Under the pieces are notes generated by a model, which saw nothing but the letters and a program-made list of their open reading frames with translations, made no database searches and had not been told where the DNA came from. Source: Prosthecobacter sp. (GTDB lineage Bacteria > Verrucomicrobiota > Verrucomicrobiia > Verrucomicrobiales > Verrucomicrobiaceae). Taken from it: a stretch of DNA of 64,000 bases. The DNA is taken from contig JBIKYV010000003.1 in NCBI GenBank assembly GCA_044355075.1, positions 7,324-71,323 on the forward strand, in the 5' to 3' direction. Position numbers and translations under genes: made by a program. Positions 9,289 to 18,991 of this stretch are shown piece after piece (the first letter of the stretch is position 1; the number at the start of each line of letters is the position of its first letter).

Positions 9289-11022
9289 ATGGCAGACAGC
9301 AAAAGCATTGCAGTCCTGAACCTGGGTTCCCAGCGGCTTTCAGGAGCTTTATTCTCCAAGTCCGGAGGCGACTTGGTGCTCAAGAAATACGAATTTGTGG
9401 AGATGGCTGGTGATCCGACCGTGGATGCCACTCGGATTCCACAGCTAAAAATAGGCATTCAAGAGCTGGCCACTCGCCTCAAGCTGAAGTCCTCTGCTGT
9501 CTGGTACGCAGTGGCGGGTCACACGGTGTTTAGTCGTTTTGTCAAACTGCCACCCGTGCAGGAAGATCGTGTTGCCCAAATCGTTGAATTTGAGGCGCGT
9601 CAGAATGTGCCATTCCCGATCAATGAAGTGGTCTGGGACTACGAATTTGCCTCTGAGGGCGGCATTGAAACGGAAGTCGTGCTAGTCGCCATGAAGTCCG
9701 ATGCTTTGGATGAGATCGACGATCAAGTCGCCCTAGCTAAACTCGCCACGAGTGGAGTAGATGTCGCGCCTCTCGCGCTCTACAACGCTTTTCGTTACAG
9801 CTACCCAGATGTTGATGAGCCTGCGGTGCTCATTGACCTAGGTGCTCGGTCCACGAACATGCTTTTTGTCGAAAACGGTCGTTTCTTCATCCGCAACTTC
9901 TTGGTGGGGGGAGCCTCCATTACCTCGGCAATTGCCAAGGAATTCAGCATCGGTTTTGCCGAGGCGGAAACCCAGAAAATCCATCGTGGTTTTGTTGCTC
10001 CTGGCGGCGCTGTGCAGGATCACGATGACCCTGAAATTGCAGCCTTGTCGAAGGTGATCCGTAATGCAGCCTCGAATCTGCATACGCAGGTCATGCGCAC
10101 GATCACTTTCTACCGCAGTCAACAGGGTGGATCTCAGCCCAAGCGCGTTTTCATCAGTGGTGGTGGTGCATTGCTTGGCAACATGGTTGCCTTCCTGGAA
10201 GAAAAGTTGAAGCTGCCTGTGGAGATCTTCAATCCTCTTCGCGGTGTGCAGGTTGATCGCGGCCTGAATGCGGATGCCGCCGCTGCAGACGCCCCTTTTC
10301 TCGGAGAGTTGGTCGGACTCGCTCTCCGCTCTTCCAGTGGTGTTCCATGTGAGGTAGAGCTTGTGCCCACCAAGGTGGCGAATGCGCGAGATGCAGCCCG
10401 CCGCATGCCGATTTTGATGGTGGGAATGCTGCTCTTCTGGGCAGCTCTTGGCACTGGCATCTTCTATTTCCAGAACACGGAAAGAGCCGTGCGTGACAAG
10501 CTCGCGGGCATGAGTGCCGAAAATGCACGTTTGAAGAACCTCGCCGGCCAGATTTCTGCTCTGGAACAACGTCAAGGCCAGTATGCCTCGTTGAGTGAGC
10601 AGCTCGAACAGGCGGTCGCTGAACGTTCGTTTTGGGTTCGGTTGCTGACGGATTTGAACGCTAAGTTTGAGAACGACATGATCTGGCTCACCTTAGTTGA
10701 ACCGCTCAAAAATGGCAATTCCATCACCCCAGCGCTGCTAGGTCAGGAGTCCTCGGGTGAAAAGAAAGAGGAGGCGGCTGCTGGTGGCGCGACGGCTTAT
10801 AGCGTTCGCCTCCAAGGCCTCTATCGCAAGAACGACGAGGGTGAACAAATCGTTTACAAATTTGCATCAGCCTTGGCGAAGTTGCCTTGGTTTGAGATCG
10901 CTGACTTCGAAGAGAAACGCGCCCAATACGTTAGCGCGCAAAGTGGTGTCGAGGAAGACCGCTATGCCTACACATTCAAAATTGAGCTGCCCCTCAAGCA
11001 GAGCATGAACTTCAAAGACTGA
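9289..11022 (+). CDS. Amuc_1101 family PilM-like actin-fold ATPase fused to a PilN-like domain
   Basis: IAVLNLGSQR, FEARQNVPFP, LIDLGARST, GGASIT and ISGGGA, followed by a TM helix, coiled coil and PilN-like IWLT/VRLQG segment. Confidence 0.88.
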   Translation: MADSKSIAVLNLGSQRLSGALFSKSGGDLVLKKYEFVEMAGDPTVDATRIPQLKIGIQELATRLKLKSSAVWYAVAGHTVFSRFVKLPPVQEDRVAQIVEFEARQNVPFPINEVVWDYEFASEGGIETEVVLVAMKSDALDEIDDQVALAKLATSGVDVAPLALYNAFRYSYPDVDEPAVLIDLGARSTNMLFVENGRFFIRNFLVGGASITSAIAKEFSIGFAEAETQKIHRGFVAPGGAVQDHDDPEIAALSKVIRNAASNLHTQVMRTITFYRSQQGGSQPKRVFISGGGALLGNMVAFLEEKLKLPVEIFNPLRGVQVDRGLNADAAAADAPFLGELVGLALRSSSGVPCEVELVPTKVANARDAARRMPILMVGMLLFWAALGTGIFYFQNTERAVRDKLAGMSAENARLKNLAGQISALEQRQGQYASLSEQLEQAVAERSFWVRLLTDLNAKFENDMIWLTLVEPLKNGNSITPALLGQESSGEKKEEAAAGGATAYSVRLQGLYRKNDEGEQIVYKFASALAKLPWFEIADFEEKRAQYVSAQSGVEEDRYAYTFKIELPLKQSMNFKD

Positions 11023-12020
11023 TGAGCTGGATACAAGACAACAAAGGGCCCGCAGCAGTTCTCGGACTGACTGGGGCAGGTGTGATCGGACTCGGCGTCA
11101 TGCTTTTCAATGCATGGTCGGGAGCTACGGCGGCGCAGGAAGAGTTTGATATGGTGAACATCAGTCTTTCCCGACTGAAATCGACCGCTCTTGCTCCTAC
11201 GGAAGATAATCTTGCCCAAAAACAACAACTCGTTCAGGCGTATGAATCTGCGGTCGGCAAACTCTCGCTGGTGCTCTACAAGCTTCAGCCCGAGGATAAG
11301 CCGACCACCAACACAGAATTTCAGGCCAAGCTGAAGAGTCGTATCGCAGAAATCAAAAAGCTGGGCGGCGGCAAGCTGCCTGCGGAGTTCAACCTCGCAT
11401 TCGACCAATATACCAGCGAGTTGCCTAAATCCGATCAGGTGGCGGCCGAGCTCTCGAGTTATTTGGATGCCGTTGAAGAGATTGTGAAACTCGTGCTCAA
11501 GAGTGGAGCGCAGTCACTCATCATGCTGGAGCGCTCGCCTTTGACGGCAGAAAAAAGTGAATCTGAAAAGCCGCGTTCCTCTTCCTCAAAAAGTAAAGCT
11601 AAAGGTGGCGTTGCTAAACCTTCTGCGGCTCAGACCGTCAGTATCACTGAGCGCAAGCAAGTGAGACTGGCTGTGCGTGCGGATCAGTCAGCAATTCAGA
11701 CACTGCTCAGTTCTCTCGCCAGCCCTTCGGAGATGCCATTTTTCACGGTGGCAAAGCTCGTCCGCATCGAAAACGAATCCCAGATAGGTCCAGCTCGCCT
11801 TGCACAGGGCAGTGCGCCATCCGATGCAACCGAGCCTGCAGTTAGTAATGAATCTTCAGCTCCTTCAGCCCCTAGTGGCGAGACTGACGCCAAGCCTGGA
11901 CTTGCTCCTGCTGCCCCTGATTCACAAGTGGTGCTCGGTCGCGAGTACCTGAGAGCATTCCTCGAAATTGATCTTGTGAAGTTCCTCAACCCACAAACCG
12001 CTGCTGCAGCTCAACGCTGA
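11022..12020 (+). CDS. Amuc_1100 family pilus-associated membrane protein (PilO-like position)
   Basis: MSWIQDNKGPAA plus TM helix, TTNTEFQAKL, LAFDQYTSELP, FFTV...VRIENE and VVLGREYL...IDLVKF parallel the Amuc_1100 sequence as I recall it. Start overlaps the upstream stop (TGATG). Confidence 0.82.
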   Translation: MSWIQDNKGPAAVLGLTGAGVIGLGVMLFNAWSGATAAQEEFDMVNISLSRLKSTALAPTEDNLAQKQQLVQAYESAVGKLSLVLYKLQPEDKPTTNTEFQAKLKSRIAEIKKLGGGKLPAEFNLAFDQYTSELPKSDQVAAELSSYLDAVEEIVKLVLKSGAQSLIMLERSPLTAEKSESEKPRSSSSKSKAKGGVAKPSAAQTVSITERKQVRLAVRADQSAIQTLLSSLASPSEMPFFTVAKLVRIENESQIGPARLAQGSAPSDATEPAVSNESSAPSAPSGETDAKPGLAPAAPDSQVVLGREYLRAFLEIDLVKFLNPQTAAAAQR

Positions 12021-12060
12021 GTGGTTCGCCTTCAGCTGACACGCACCCCAATCCATCTCC

Positions 12061-13029
12061 ATGCAGAAGAAAAACGGCAACTACGAGAAGAACCTGCTCA
12101 TTATCGCAGCGGTTCTTGCGGCCGGCATGATTGCCTTCACCATCATCGACGGTCCCAAATTGCAGGAAAGATTAGCCCTCCAACCAGGCGCTTCTCCCAA
12201 CAACCTGAATCCTCCACCCACTGAGCGAGTAAACTCTGTCTTGCAAAGGCTGATGGAGAAAGCCAGCTGGGTTTCTCCAGTTATCAATGGCAAGCCTGTG
12301 CCGCTGAATAAATCGATTCTGTTGCTTCAAAAAGGAGATCAGCTTTTTGACCTTCAGGTCACAGAGCCTGTGTTGCGTCCCCCGATGAGCAATGAGTTCT
12401 TGGTGAAGAACGACTTGCCCAACATTGAGTCGCCCAACGTAGGTGCTTTAGATCCAGACAATGATGGATTTAGCAACGAGGAGGAATTCGAAGCAAAGAC
12501 CAATCCCAAAGACGAGCGCGAGCACCCTCCAGTGACCCGTAAATTGTTCCTGAAGCAACGCATCAGTCACGATTACATCATCAAGCTCAATAGCAGCACG
12601 CCGCCTTATCAAGTGCAGCGTATCGCCCCCGAGCCACGGGCCAGCAAGTTCGTCTCACCGGGTGATGAATATGGCTTCGATAAAGGTGTGATTCGGTTCA
12701 AGGCATTGGTTTTTGCCCAAAAAGTCATGAAGAACCCAACCACTCAGCTCGAGACTGATGTTTCCGAGTTGAAGTGCTTGGATATCTCAACCCAAAAAGA
12801 GTTTGTGTTGGTTCGTGGACAAGAAACCAATCTTGCTGATTACGAAGCAGAATTCGAATTCAGAATTGGAACCCCCGAACAGAGAAAAGTTCGTGAAGGA
12901 GAAACCTTCCAACTGCCAGGCCTTGGTGTGACCTTTAAACTATTGTCTGTCAGTGAACAAGATGCTGTGATCGTACCAGTGAAGGGTGGGGTGCCAGATG
13001 GTGAAACCATCACGATCAAAAAAGGCTGA
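12061..13029 (+). CDS. Amuc_1099 family protein with a TSP3-like Ca-binding repeat
   Basis: N-terminal TM helix, DPDNDGFSNEEEFEAKTNP motif and position between the Amuc_1100-like gene and the secretin. Confidence 0.75.
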   Translation: MQKKNGNYEKNLLIIAAVLAAGMIAFTIIDGPKLQERLALQPGASPNNLNPPPTERVNSVLQRLMEKASWVSPVINGKPVPLNKSILLLQKGDQLFDLQVTEPVLRPPMSNEFLVKNDLPNIESPNVGALDPDNDGFSNEEEFEAKTNPKDEREHPPVTRKLFLKQRISHDYIIKLNSSTPPYQVQRIAPEPRASKFVSPGDEYGFDKGVIRFKALVFAQKVMKNPTTQLETDVSELKCLDISTQKEFVLVRGQETNLADYEAEFEFRIGTPEQRKVREGETFQLPGLGVTFKLLSVSEQDAVIVPVKGGVPDGETITIKKG

Positions 13030-13115
13030 CTAAAAAAAACAAAAAACATCTCGCCAAAACCTTCGGCTTCTTGCTAAACAATCCAACTTCTTGCCAATTT
13101 TTTCAGACTGTGTCC

Positions 13116-15659
13116 ATGATCACCATCTCCCGAATGAAAAGAAAAAAAACCTCTCTCGCTTGGATTATCGCCGCTGCGATGCCTGTGGCATATCAAACGA
13201 ATGCTCTTGCGGGCGAAGGTGCTAGTGATGCTTCCAGCGTTCCAGGTATTGCAGAACGTGAGATCTCGAGGCGGCTTGCACGTATTCAGGATGCGCAGAA
13301 AGCCATGCAACGTGGTGATGAACTCTTTGCTCAAGGCGATCTCGATGGTGCGCTTTCTCAGTATCGCTCAGCCAAGGAAATTTTCGACCAGTTGCCCAAC
13401 GCGCCTTTCATCCAAGACTGGCGAGATCTCGCTAATCTGAAGTTTGCAGACTGCTCTGTAGCGGTGGGTCGTCAGAAAGTTGCTGCTGGCGATTACGTGG
13501 CTGCCAGAAAACTCATAGACGAGGCTTTTGCTGCCGTGCCTGGTCACAAAAAAGCACAGCTTCTTGTGAGTCAGTTGGATGATCCTGATCGCTGGCCTCA
13601 AGCACTGACTCCTGAGCATGTTGAAAACGTGGGTAAAGTTCAGAAGGGTCTTGTGACTGCCAACAGCTCAGTTGAGATTGGTAACTATGACAAGGCGCTT
13701 GAGGAATATGAAGATGTGCTTCGCATAGACCCCTATAACACGGCGGCTCGCCGTGGAATGGAAAACGCAGAGCGTAAGCGCGCTGACTACCTCAAGACGG
13801 CTTATGATCACAATCGCATTCGCATGATCAACATGGTGACTGAAGCTTGGGAGCACAAGCCACCAGTCAAAGGATTCCAGGTTGAAGGAACATCGGGCGG
13901 CAGCAAAGCTCCCACAGTTTACTTGAGCCAGAAGATGCAAAAGATCGTCTTCCCTCAGGTTCAATTCTCAGGTGCTAGCATCGATGAAGCAGTCGAGTTC
14001 CTTCGTGTCAAAAGCCGCGACTTGGATACCTTTGAGACCGACCCAGCTCGTAAGGGTGTCAACATCATCCTCAAGGCAGGTGAAAATGCCCCGACAGCCT
14101 CCATCAGTCTTGATCTGAAGGATGTGCCAATGATGGAAGCTCTTCGCTATGTTACCGAACTAGCTGGCATGAAGTTCAAAGTGGAGCCCTTCGCAGTATT
14201 GATTGTGCCCGTCACAGAAACCACCACAGAGCAATTCACACGCATTTACAAAGTTCCACCTGACTTCGAAACCATGACCAGTGGTGGTGGTGATGCAGCG
14301 GCTCCTGCGGCAGCAGCTGATCCCTTCGCAGCAGGCGGCGCTGCCCCTGCCGCAGCTTCTGGTTTAATTAAGCGCCAAAACGCTAAAGAGATCCTAACGA
14401 GCCAAGGTATTGCCTTCCCCGAGGGCGCTACTGCGGTCTTCAACAAGGTGACTTCGCAGCTGATCGTCAAAAACACCCAGCCCAACTTGGATCTGGTCGA
14501 AGCGTTTGTGGACTCGATCATTGGCCGAATCACCAAGCAGGTTTACGTGACCACAAAATTTGTCGAAGTGACCCAGAAAAACACAGATGAACTGGGTTTT
14601 GACTGGTTGCTTGGCGGCCTTGGCGTCAATGCTGACAATCTTCAAGTCGGTGGTGGCACCAATGGTAACTGGGGTGGCCGCGTCAATTACACAGGTTCGA
14701 TCGCCGATCTTGTCACCAATGGACAGATTTCCCCTGTAACCCGTGGCCTCAGAAGTGGCTCTCGTGCGATCCGTGGTGATAGCATCGACTCTTTGTTCAA
14801 TTCGCTGGATGCAACATCTGATACCGTTTCTCCCGGAGTCCTTTCCCTCGCGGGTATTTTTACTGATCCTCAGTTCGGTGTTGTGATGCGTGCTTTGTCG
14901 CAGCGCAAAGGAGTTGACCTCATGAGTGCTCCAAGCGTCACCACCAAAGGCGGTCAGCCTGCCACGGTCGAAGTTGTTCGCGAATTCATCTATCCTACCG
15001 AATTTGATCCTCCACAGATCCCCACCAACGTCGGTGGTGGTGGTGGCGGCGGTGGTGGTGGTGGCGGCGGAACAACGATTGTTTCGATTCCAGTGACTCC
15101 AACAACACCAACAGCCTTCGAGATGCGTCCAGTCGGTGTGCGCATGGAAGTTGACCCTGTGATTGGTGAGAATGGTTCCATTGATTTGAATCTCGCCCCT
15201 GAAGTCACGGAGTTTGATGGTTACATCAACTATGGCAGTCCGATCTACAGCGTGTCTCCGAACGTGCCGATCCTCGACATTTTCGGCAACCTTCTTGGCA
15301 CGATTCCCTCAAGCCGTCTCGAACTGACCCCGAACATCATCAACCAGCCGATTTTCTCTACACGTAAAGTCAAGACATCGGTTACGGTTTGGGATGGTCA
15401 AACGGTGGCCTTGGGTGGTTTGATTCGTGAGGACGTGCAAGATGTTGAGGACAAAGTTCCTGTGCTTGGCGACCTTCCTTTTGTCGGTCGTGCCTTCCGC
15501 TCGGAAGTTGAAGATCACTTCAAGCGCAATCTTATGATCTTCGTGACAGCAAGCCTCATCGATCCAGCTGGACAGCGCATCAAGCTTCAGGGCTCAGGTG
15601 GCTCTAGCGAAGAGGGAGCCGATCAGGCCAATCCTCTTCTGCCAGCTGTTGGCAACTAA
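13116..15659 (+). CDS. Amuc_1098 family secretin (PilQ/GspD-like) with N-terminal TPR region
   Basis: Secretin core motifs DLMSAPSVTTKGGQPATVEVVREFIYP, VTVWDGQTVALGGLI and KVPVLGDLPFVGRAFR, N-domain FSGASIDEAVEFL, and TPR-like helices. Confidence 0.92.
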   Translation: MITISRMKRKKTSLAWIIAAAMPVAYQTNALAGEGASDASSVPGIAEREISRRLARIQDAQKAMQRGDELFAQGDLDGALSQYRSAKEIFDQLPNAPFIQDWRDLANLKFADCSVAVGRQKVAAGDYVAARKLIDEAFAAVPGHKKAQLLVSQLDDPDRWPQALTPEHVENVGKVQKGLVTANSSVEIGNYDKALEEYEDVLRIDPYNTAARRGMENAERKRADYLKTAYDHNRIRMINMVTEAWEHKPPVKGFQVEGTSGGSKAPTVYLSQKMQKIVFPQVQFSGASIDEAVEFLRVKSRDLDTFETDPARKGVNIILKAGENAPTASISLDLKDVPMMEALRYVTELAGMKFKVEPFAVLIVPVTETTTEQFTRIYKVPPDFETMTSGGGDAAAPAAAADPFAAGGAAPAAASGLIKRQNAKEILTSQGIAFPEGATAVFNKVTSQLIVKNTQPNLDLVEAFVDSIIGRITKQVYVTTKFVEVTQKNTDELGFDWLLGGLGVNADNLQVGGGTNGNWGGRVNYTGSIADLVTNGQISPVTRGLRSGSRAIRGDSIDSLFNSLDATSDTVSPGVLSLAGIFTDPQFGVVMRALSQRKGVDLMSAPSVTTKGGQPATVEVVREFIYPTEFDPPQIPTNVGGGGGGGGGGGGGTTIVSIPVTPTTPTAFEMRPVGVRMEVDPVIGENGSIDLNLAPEVTEFDGYINYGSPIYSVSPNVPILDIFGNLLGTIPSSRLELTPNIINQPIFSTRKVKTSVTVWDGQTVALGGLIREDVQDVEDKVPVLGDLPFVGRAFRSEVEDHFKRNLMIFVTASLIDPAGQRIKLQGSGGSSEEGADQANPLLPAVGN
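15033..15071 (+). repeat. In-frame poly-Gly trinucleotide repeat, [(GGT)4(GGC)2]x2 GGA
   Basis: 13 consecutive Gly codons inside the secretin core. Confidence 0.9.
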
Positions 15660-15680
15660 CACACTTTGATTCATGTTAAG

Positions 15681-15713
15681 ACAGGAGGCTAAACCGGCCT
15701 CCTGTTTTTTTTT
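15681..15713 (+). terminator. Intrinsic terminator after the pilus locus
   Basis: ACAGGAGGC-taaaccg-GCCTCCTGT 9 bp stem followed by a T run ending at 15713. Confidence 0.85.
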
Positions 15714-16316
15714 ATGAAATCATGGATCGTCACTGGAGGAGCTGCTTGCGGGAAAAGCATCTTCATTCAGACGCTCGCTTCGCATTTGGGAAGCGCGTTG
15801 CACATTTTTTCCTGTGATCGAGAGGTCGCCAATCTAATGGCCGATCGGGAAACCCAGGTCGTTTTGGTTCAAGCTTTTGGAACTCAGATTTTGAATCCTG
15901 ATGGAACGATCTCTAAAAGCGCGCTTCGAGACCTTGTGTTCAAGGATGCACGAAAAAGACAAGACCTTGAAGCGATCCTCCACCCTCCTGTGCTACGATC
16001 GCTGGAAAGATCGAGGTTAGAGGCTAAGGCGCAGGGTGCCGAAGTTTTCCTTGCGGAAGTGCCGCTCTACTATGAGATTGGCTCTACAGTAGAAGCGGAT
16101 CTGATCATCGTAGTGGCTGCCAGCCAAACGGTGCAGATTAGGCGCTTGATGGAAATTCGGGGACTCGACCAAGATACCGCTCACGGGCTGCTTGGTTCCC
16201 AATGGACCATTGAGGCCAAGATTGAAAAAGCGGACGTGGTCATCTGGAATGATGGTGACCTCAGAGCTTTTTTGGATCAGGCGCTGACGCTGGGAAAACA
16301 GATTCGGCCAGCATGA
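15714..16316 (+). CDS. coaE: Dephospho-CoA kinase
   Basis: IVTGGAACGKS P-loop, LEAILHP, EVPLYYE and ADVVIWNDG. Confidence 0.9.
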   Translation: MKSWIVTGGAACGKSIFIQTLASHLGSALHIFSCDREVANLMADRETQVVLVQAFGTQILNPDGTISKSALRDLVFKDARKRQDLEAILHPPVLRSLERSRLEAKAQGAEVFLAEVPLYYEIGSTVEADLIIVVAASQTVQIRRLMEIRGLDQDTAHGLLGSQWTIEAKIEKADVVIWNDGDLRAFLDQALTLGKQIRPA

Positions 16317-17788
16317 ACTTAACCGCCCCCCCTGAAGCACTTTCTGATTCGATGGAAAAGCCACTTGTGGCTCCTTCGGTCGAACTCTCCGAGCCAGCAC
16401 CCGTTGCGGTGAGAGAGATGATTCGCACGGAACCTGCGAATGAATCCTCCGACAGCGCTCAAGAAGTGACAGAGCGTCCCTCTTTCGCCGAAAGAACATC
16501 AGCGCCTCAAGCGGAGCCACCTTTCCCAATAGAGATCTCCCTAAACGACCTTCATACCAAGAGTTTGGCCGATCTTCATGACTTGGCCAATCTCGTCGGC
16601 TATCGAATCAATGCTGCCAGAACAAAGCACCAGTTGATCTATGATCTGCTGTCGTGGATGGCCGAGCATCGAACCCGTGTTCTGGTGGACGGCATCCTCG
16701 AAGTAGGCAGTGAGAATTTTGGTTTAATCAAATACTCCTCCTTCAGCTTCGCACCCTTACCTGAAGATGTGTTTGTGCCACTTTTCTTGGTCAGGAAGTT
16801 CAACCTCCGCGCGGGCAATCGCATCTCCGGGGTGGTCAGAGCTCCCAAAGACAAGGACAAATACTTGGCCATCGATCGGATCACACATGTCGATGGTATC
16901 GAAATTGACTCGTACGAAGCACCTTTGCATTTTGACAAACTGACCGCGACTTTCCCGAAGCAACGCATCATTCTGGAAACCGCTAAGCCTTGTCCCGTCT
17001 CGGCAAGAATCATGGACTTGATCGCGCCGCTTGGTAAAGGTCAGCGTGGTTTGATCAATGCTTCGCCTCGTTCCGGCAAGACGATGATGCTCAAGGATAT
17101 TGCACGGTGCATTGTTCAAAATCACAAAGAGATCACGCTGATCATCTTGTTGCTCGATGAGCGCCCTGAAGAAGTTACCGATTTTGAGGAATCCGTCAGT
17201 GGTTGTGAAATCTACAGTAGCACCTTCGACGAAAGCCCCAAGCGTCACTGTCAGTTAGCTGAGTTAGTGCGTGAGCGTGCTTGTCGTCTGGTGGAGCAAC
17301 GCAAAGATGTGGTTATCTTGCTTGACTCTCTGACACGTCTAGCTCGGGGTTACAATTCACTCATGGGTGGCAAGGGAAGAACCATGTCCGGCGGTATTGA
17401 CGCCAAAGCATTGGTGAAACCAAAGAAATTTTTCGGGGCAGCCCGTAATGTGGAGGAAGGTGGTAGCCTAACCATCATCGCTTCAGCGCTCATTGAGACG
17501 GAAAGCAAAATGGATGAGGTGATTTTCGAAGAATTCAAAGGCACCGGCAACATGGAAGCGACGCTGGATCGTGAGATCAGCGAACGGCGTATTTTCCCTG
17601 CGCTTCATCTACTCAAGTCGGGAACCCGTAAGGATGACCTTCTGTATCATCCGGATGAGTTTCGCCGCATTATGGCCATTCGGCGCCAATTGGCTCAGGT
17701 GCCCGCCGTGGAGGCTTTGGAATTATTGATTCGGAACATTCACCGCACCAACAACAACGCGGAGATCTTGCTCACTGGCCTGAAATAA
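16313..17788 (+). CDS. rho: Transcription termination factor Rho
   Basis: [57 protein letters not shown] and RRIFPA. Confidence 0.96.
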   Translation: MNLTAPPEALSDSMEKPLVAPSVELSEPAPVAVREMIRTEPANESSDSAQEVTERPSFAERTSAPQAEPPFPIEISLNDLHTKSLADLHDLANLVGYRINAARTKHQLIYDLLSWMAEHRTRVLVDGILEVGSENFGLIKYSSFSFAPLPEDVFVPLFLVRKFNLRAGNRISGVVRAPKDKDKYLAIDRITHVDGIEIDSYEAPLHFDKLTATFPKQRIILETAKPCPVSARIMDLIAPLGKGQRGLINASPRSGKTMMLKDIARCIVQNHKEITLIILLLDERPEEVTDFEESVSGCEIYSSTFDESPKRHCQLAELVRERACRLVEQRKDVVILLDSLTRLARGYNSLMGGKGRTMSGGIDAKALVKPKKFFGAARNVEEGGSLTIIASALIETESKMDEVIFEEFKGTGNMEATLDREISERRIFPALHLLKSGTRKDDLLYHPDEFRRIMAIRRQLAQVPAVEALELLIRNIHRTNNNAEILLTGLK

Positions 17789-18960
17789 TGGATAAACCCA
17801 TGAGCGAGGCTGCCACTCTAGAGAATACGGAGACGAAGTCGCTTTCACGAGACTTTGAGTTCATCGACACCCTCGAGCACTTGCAGCGCTGGGTGAAGGA
17901 AAGCGCTGAGCATCTGCAAGCCACTCAGGAGACACGTGTTTGCCTCGATACAGAGGCAGATTCACTACATCATTACAATGAGAAGCTGTGCCTGCTCCAA
18001 GTTGCCTGTGGGGGCCGCTTTGCCCTGATTGATCCGCTGGCTGTTCAGGATGTGAGCGCACTGCTGGAATTGCTGGATACCTATGAACTCTGGTTTCACG
18101 GGGCCGACTACGATCTCACCTTGCTGAAGCGCACCTACGCCTGGGAGCCGCGCTTGGTTCGAGATACACAGATTGCCGCGAGGCTAGTAGGCGCACGTCA
18201 ATTTGGTCTGGCCGCGCTGCTACAAAACGTGCTTGGCATCACCATCTGCAAGGCTTCTCAAAAAGCTGATTGGAGCCGTCGTCCCTTGCCTGAGCACATG
18301 CTTTCCTACGCGGTGGATGACGTGCGTTATCTGCTCAAGATCGCAGATCACTTCTTGGCGCTGCTGCGTGAAAAAGGTCGAGTCTCTTGGTTCGAGCAAA
18401 GCTGCCGTGCGCTTCAGCAAGAGGTCGCTCTTCGCAGCGCTGCTCCACGGGAAGACCCTTGGCGCGTTCAAGGTAGCGGCCGTTTGCATGCGAAAGGCTT
18501 GGCCATTCTAAAAGCCATGTGGGAGTGGCGTGAAGGCATCGCTCAGGAAAGAGATATCCCCTGCTACCGTGTCATGTCGAACAAGCAGATGGTCGCCTTT
18601 GCGGAAATCTTTGAGCAGGGCGGAGTCATGCAGCCACCTGCGGGCTGGAGACCTCGCTGGAAAAAAGAATTCCATGACTTGATCGCGACGGTGTTTCGTC
18701 AGGGACAGCCCGCATGGCCCCAGCGGCTTAAGCGCGAGAAAAGCAGGATGAGCGAAGGGCAGCGTGATGCTGTGGATCGGCTGTGTGCTCGACGCGATGA
18801 ATTGGCTTTGGGCATGGATCTGGAGGGCAGCCTGCTAGGCTCACGCAGTGATTTGGAGCAGATGGTCGTCGAACCCGAAGCCAGCAGCCCTCTTATGCCT
18901 TGGCAGGAAGAAATTCTTCGGCCCGTTTTAGCCGACATCACCACTCCTTTGGTGAACTGA
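17788..18960 (+). CDS. rnd: Ribonuclease D (DEDDy exonuclease + HRDC)
   Basis: CLDTEADS, LCLLQV, FHGADYD, DTQIAA, ADWSRRPL, YAVDDV and HRDC WREGIAQERD. Confidence 0.88.
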   Translation: MDKPMSEAATLENTETKSLSRDFEFIDTLEHLQRWVKESAEHLQATQETRVCLDTEADSLHHYNEKLCLLQVACGGRFALIDPLAVQDVSALLELLDTYELWFHGADYDLTLLKRTYAWEPRLVRDTQIAARLVGARQFGLAALLQNVLGITICKASQKADWSRRPLPEHMLSYAVDDVRYLLKIADHFLALLREKGRVSWFEQSCRALQQEVALRSAAPREDPWRVQGSGRLHAKGLAILKAMWEWREGIAQERDIPCYRVMSNKQMVAFAEIFEQGGVMQPPAGWRPRWKKEFHDLIATVFRQGQPAWPQRLKREKSRMSEGQRDAVDRLCARRDELALGMDLEGSLLGSRSDLEQMVVEPEASSPLMPWQEEILRPVLADITTPLVN

Positions 18961-18991
18961 GGTCTGCCAACTCTTTCCTTGCGCCACCCCG

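Noticed and set aside
17041-17090. Rho Walker A variant ASPRSGKT instead of APPKAGKT
   Set aside because: The GKT core and all other Rho motifs are intact, so this is likely ordinary lineage divergence.
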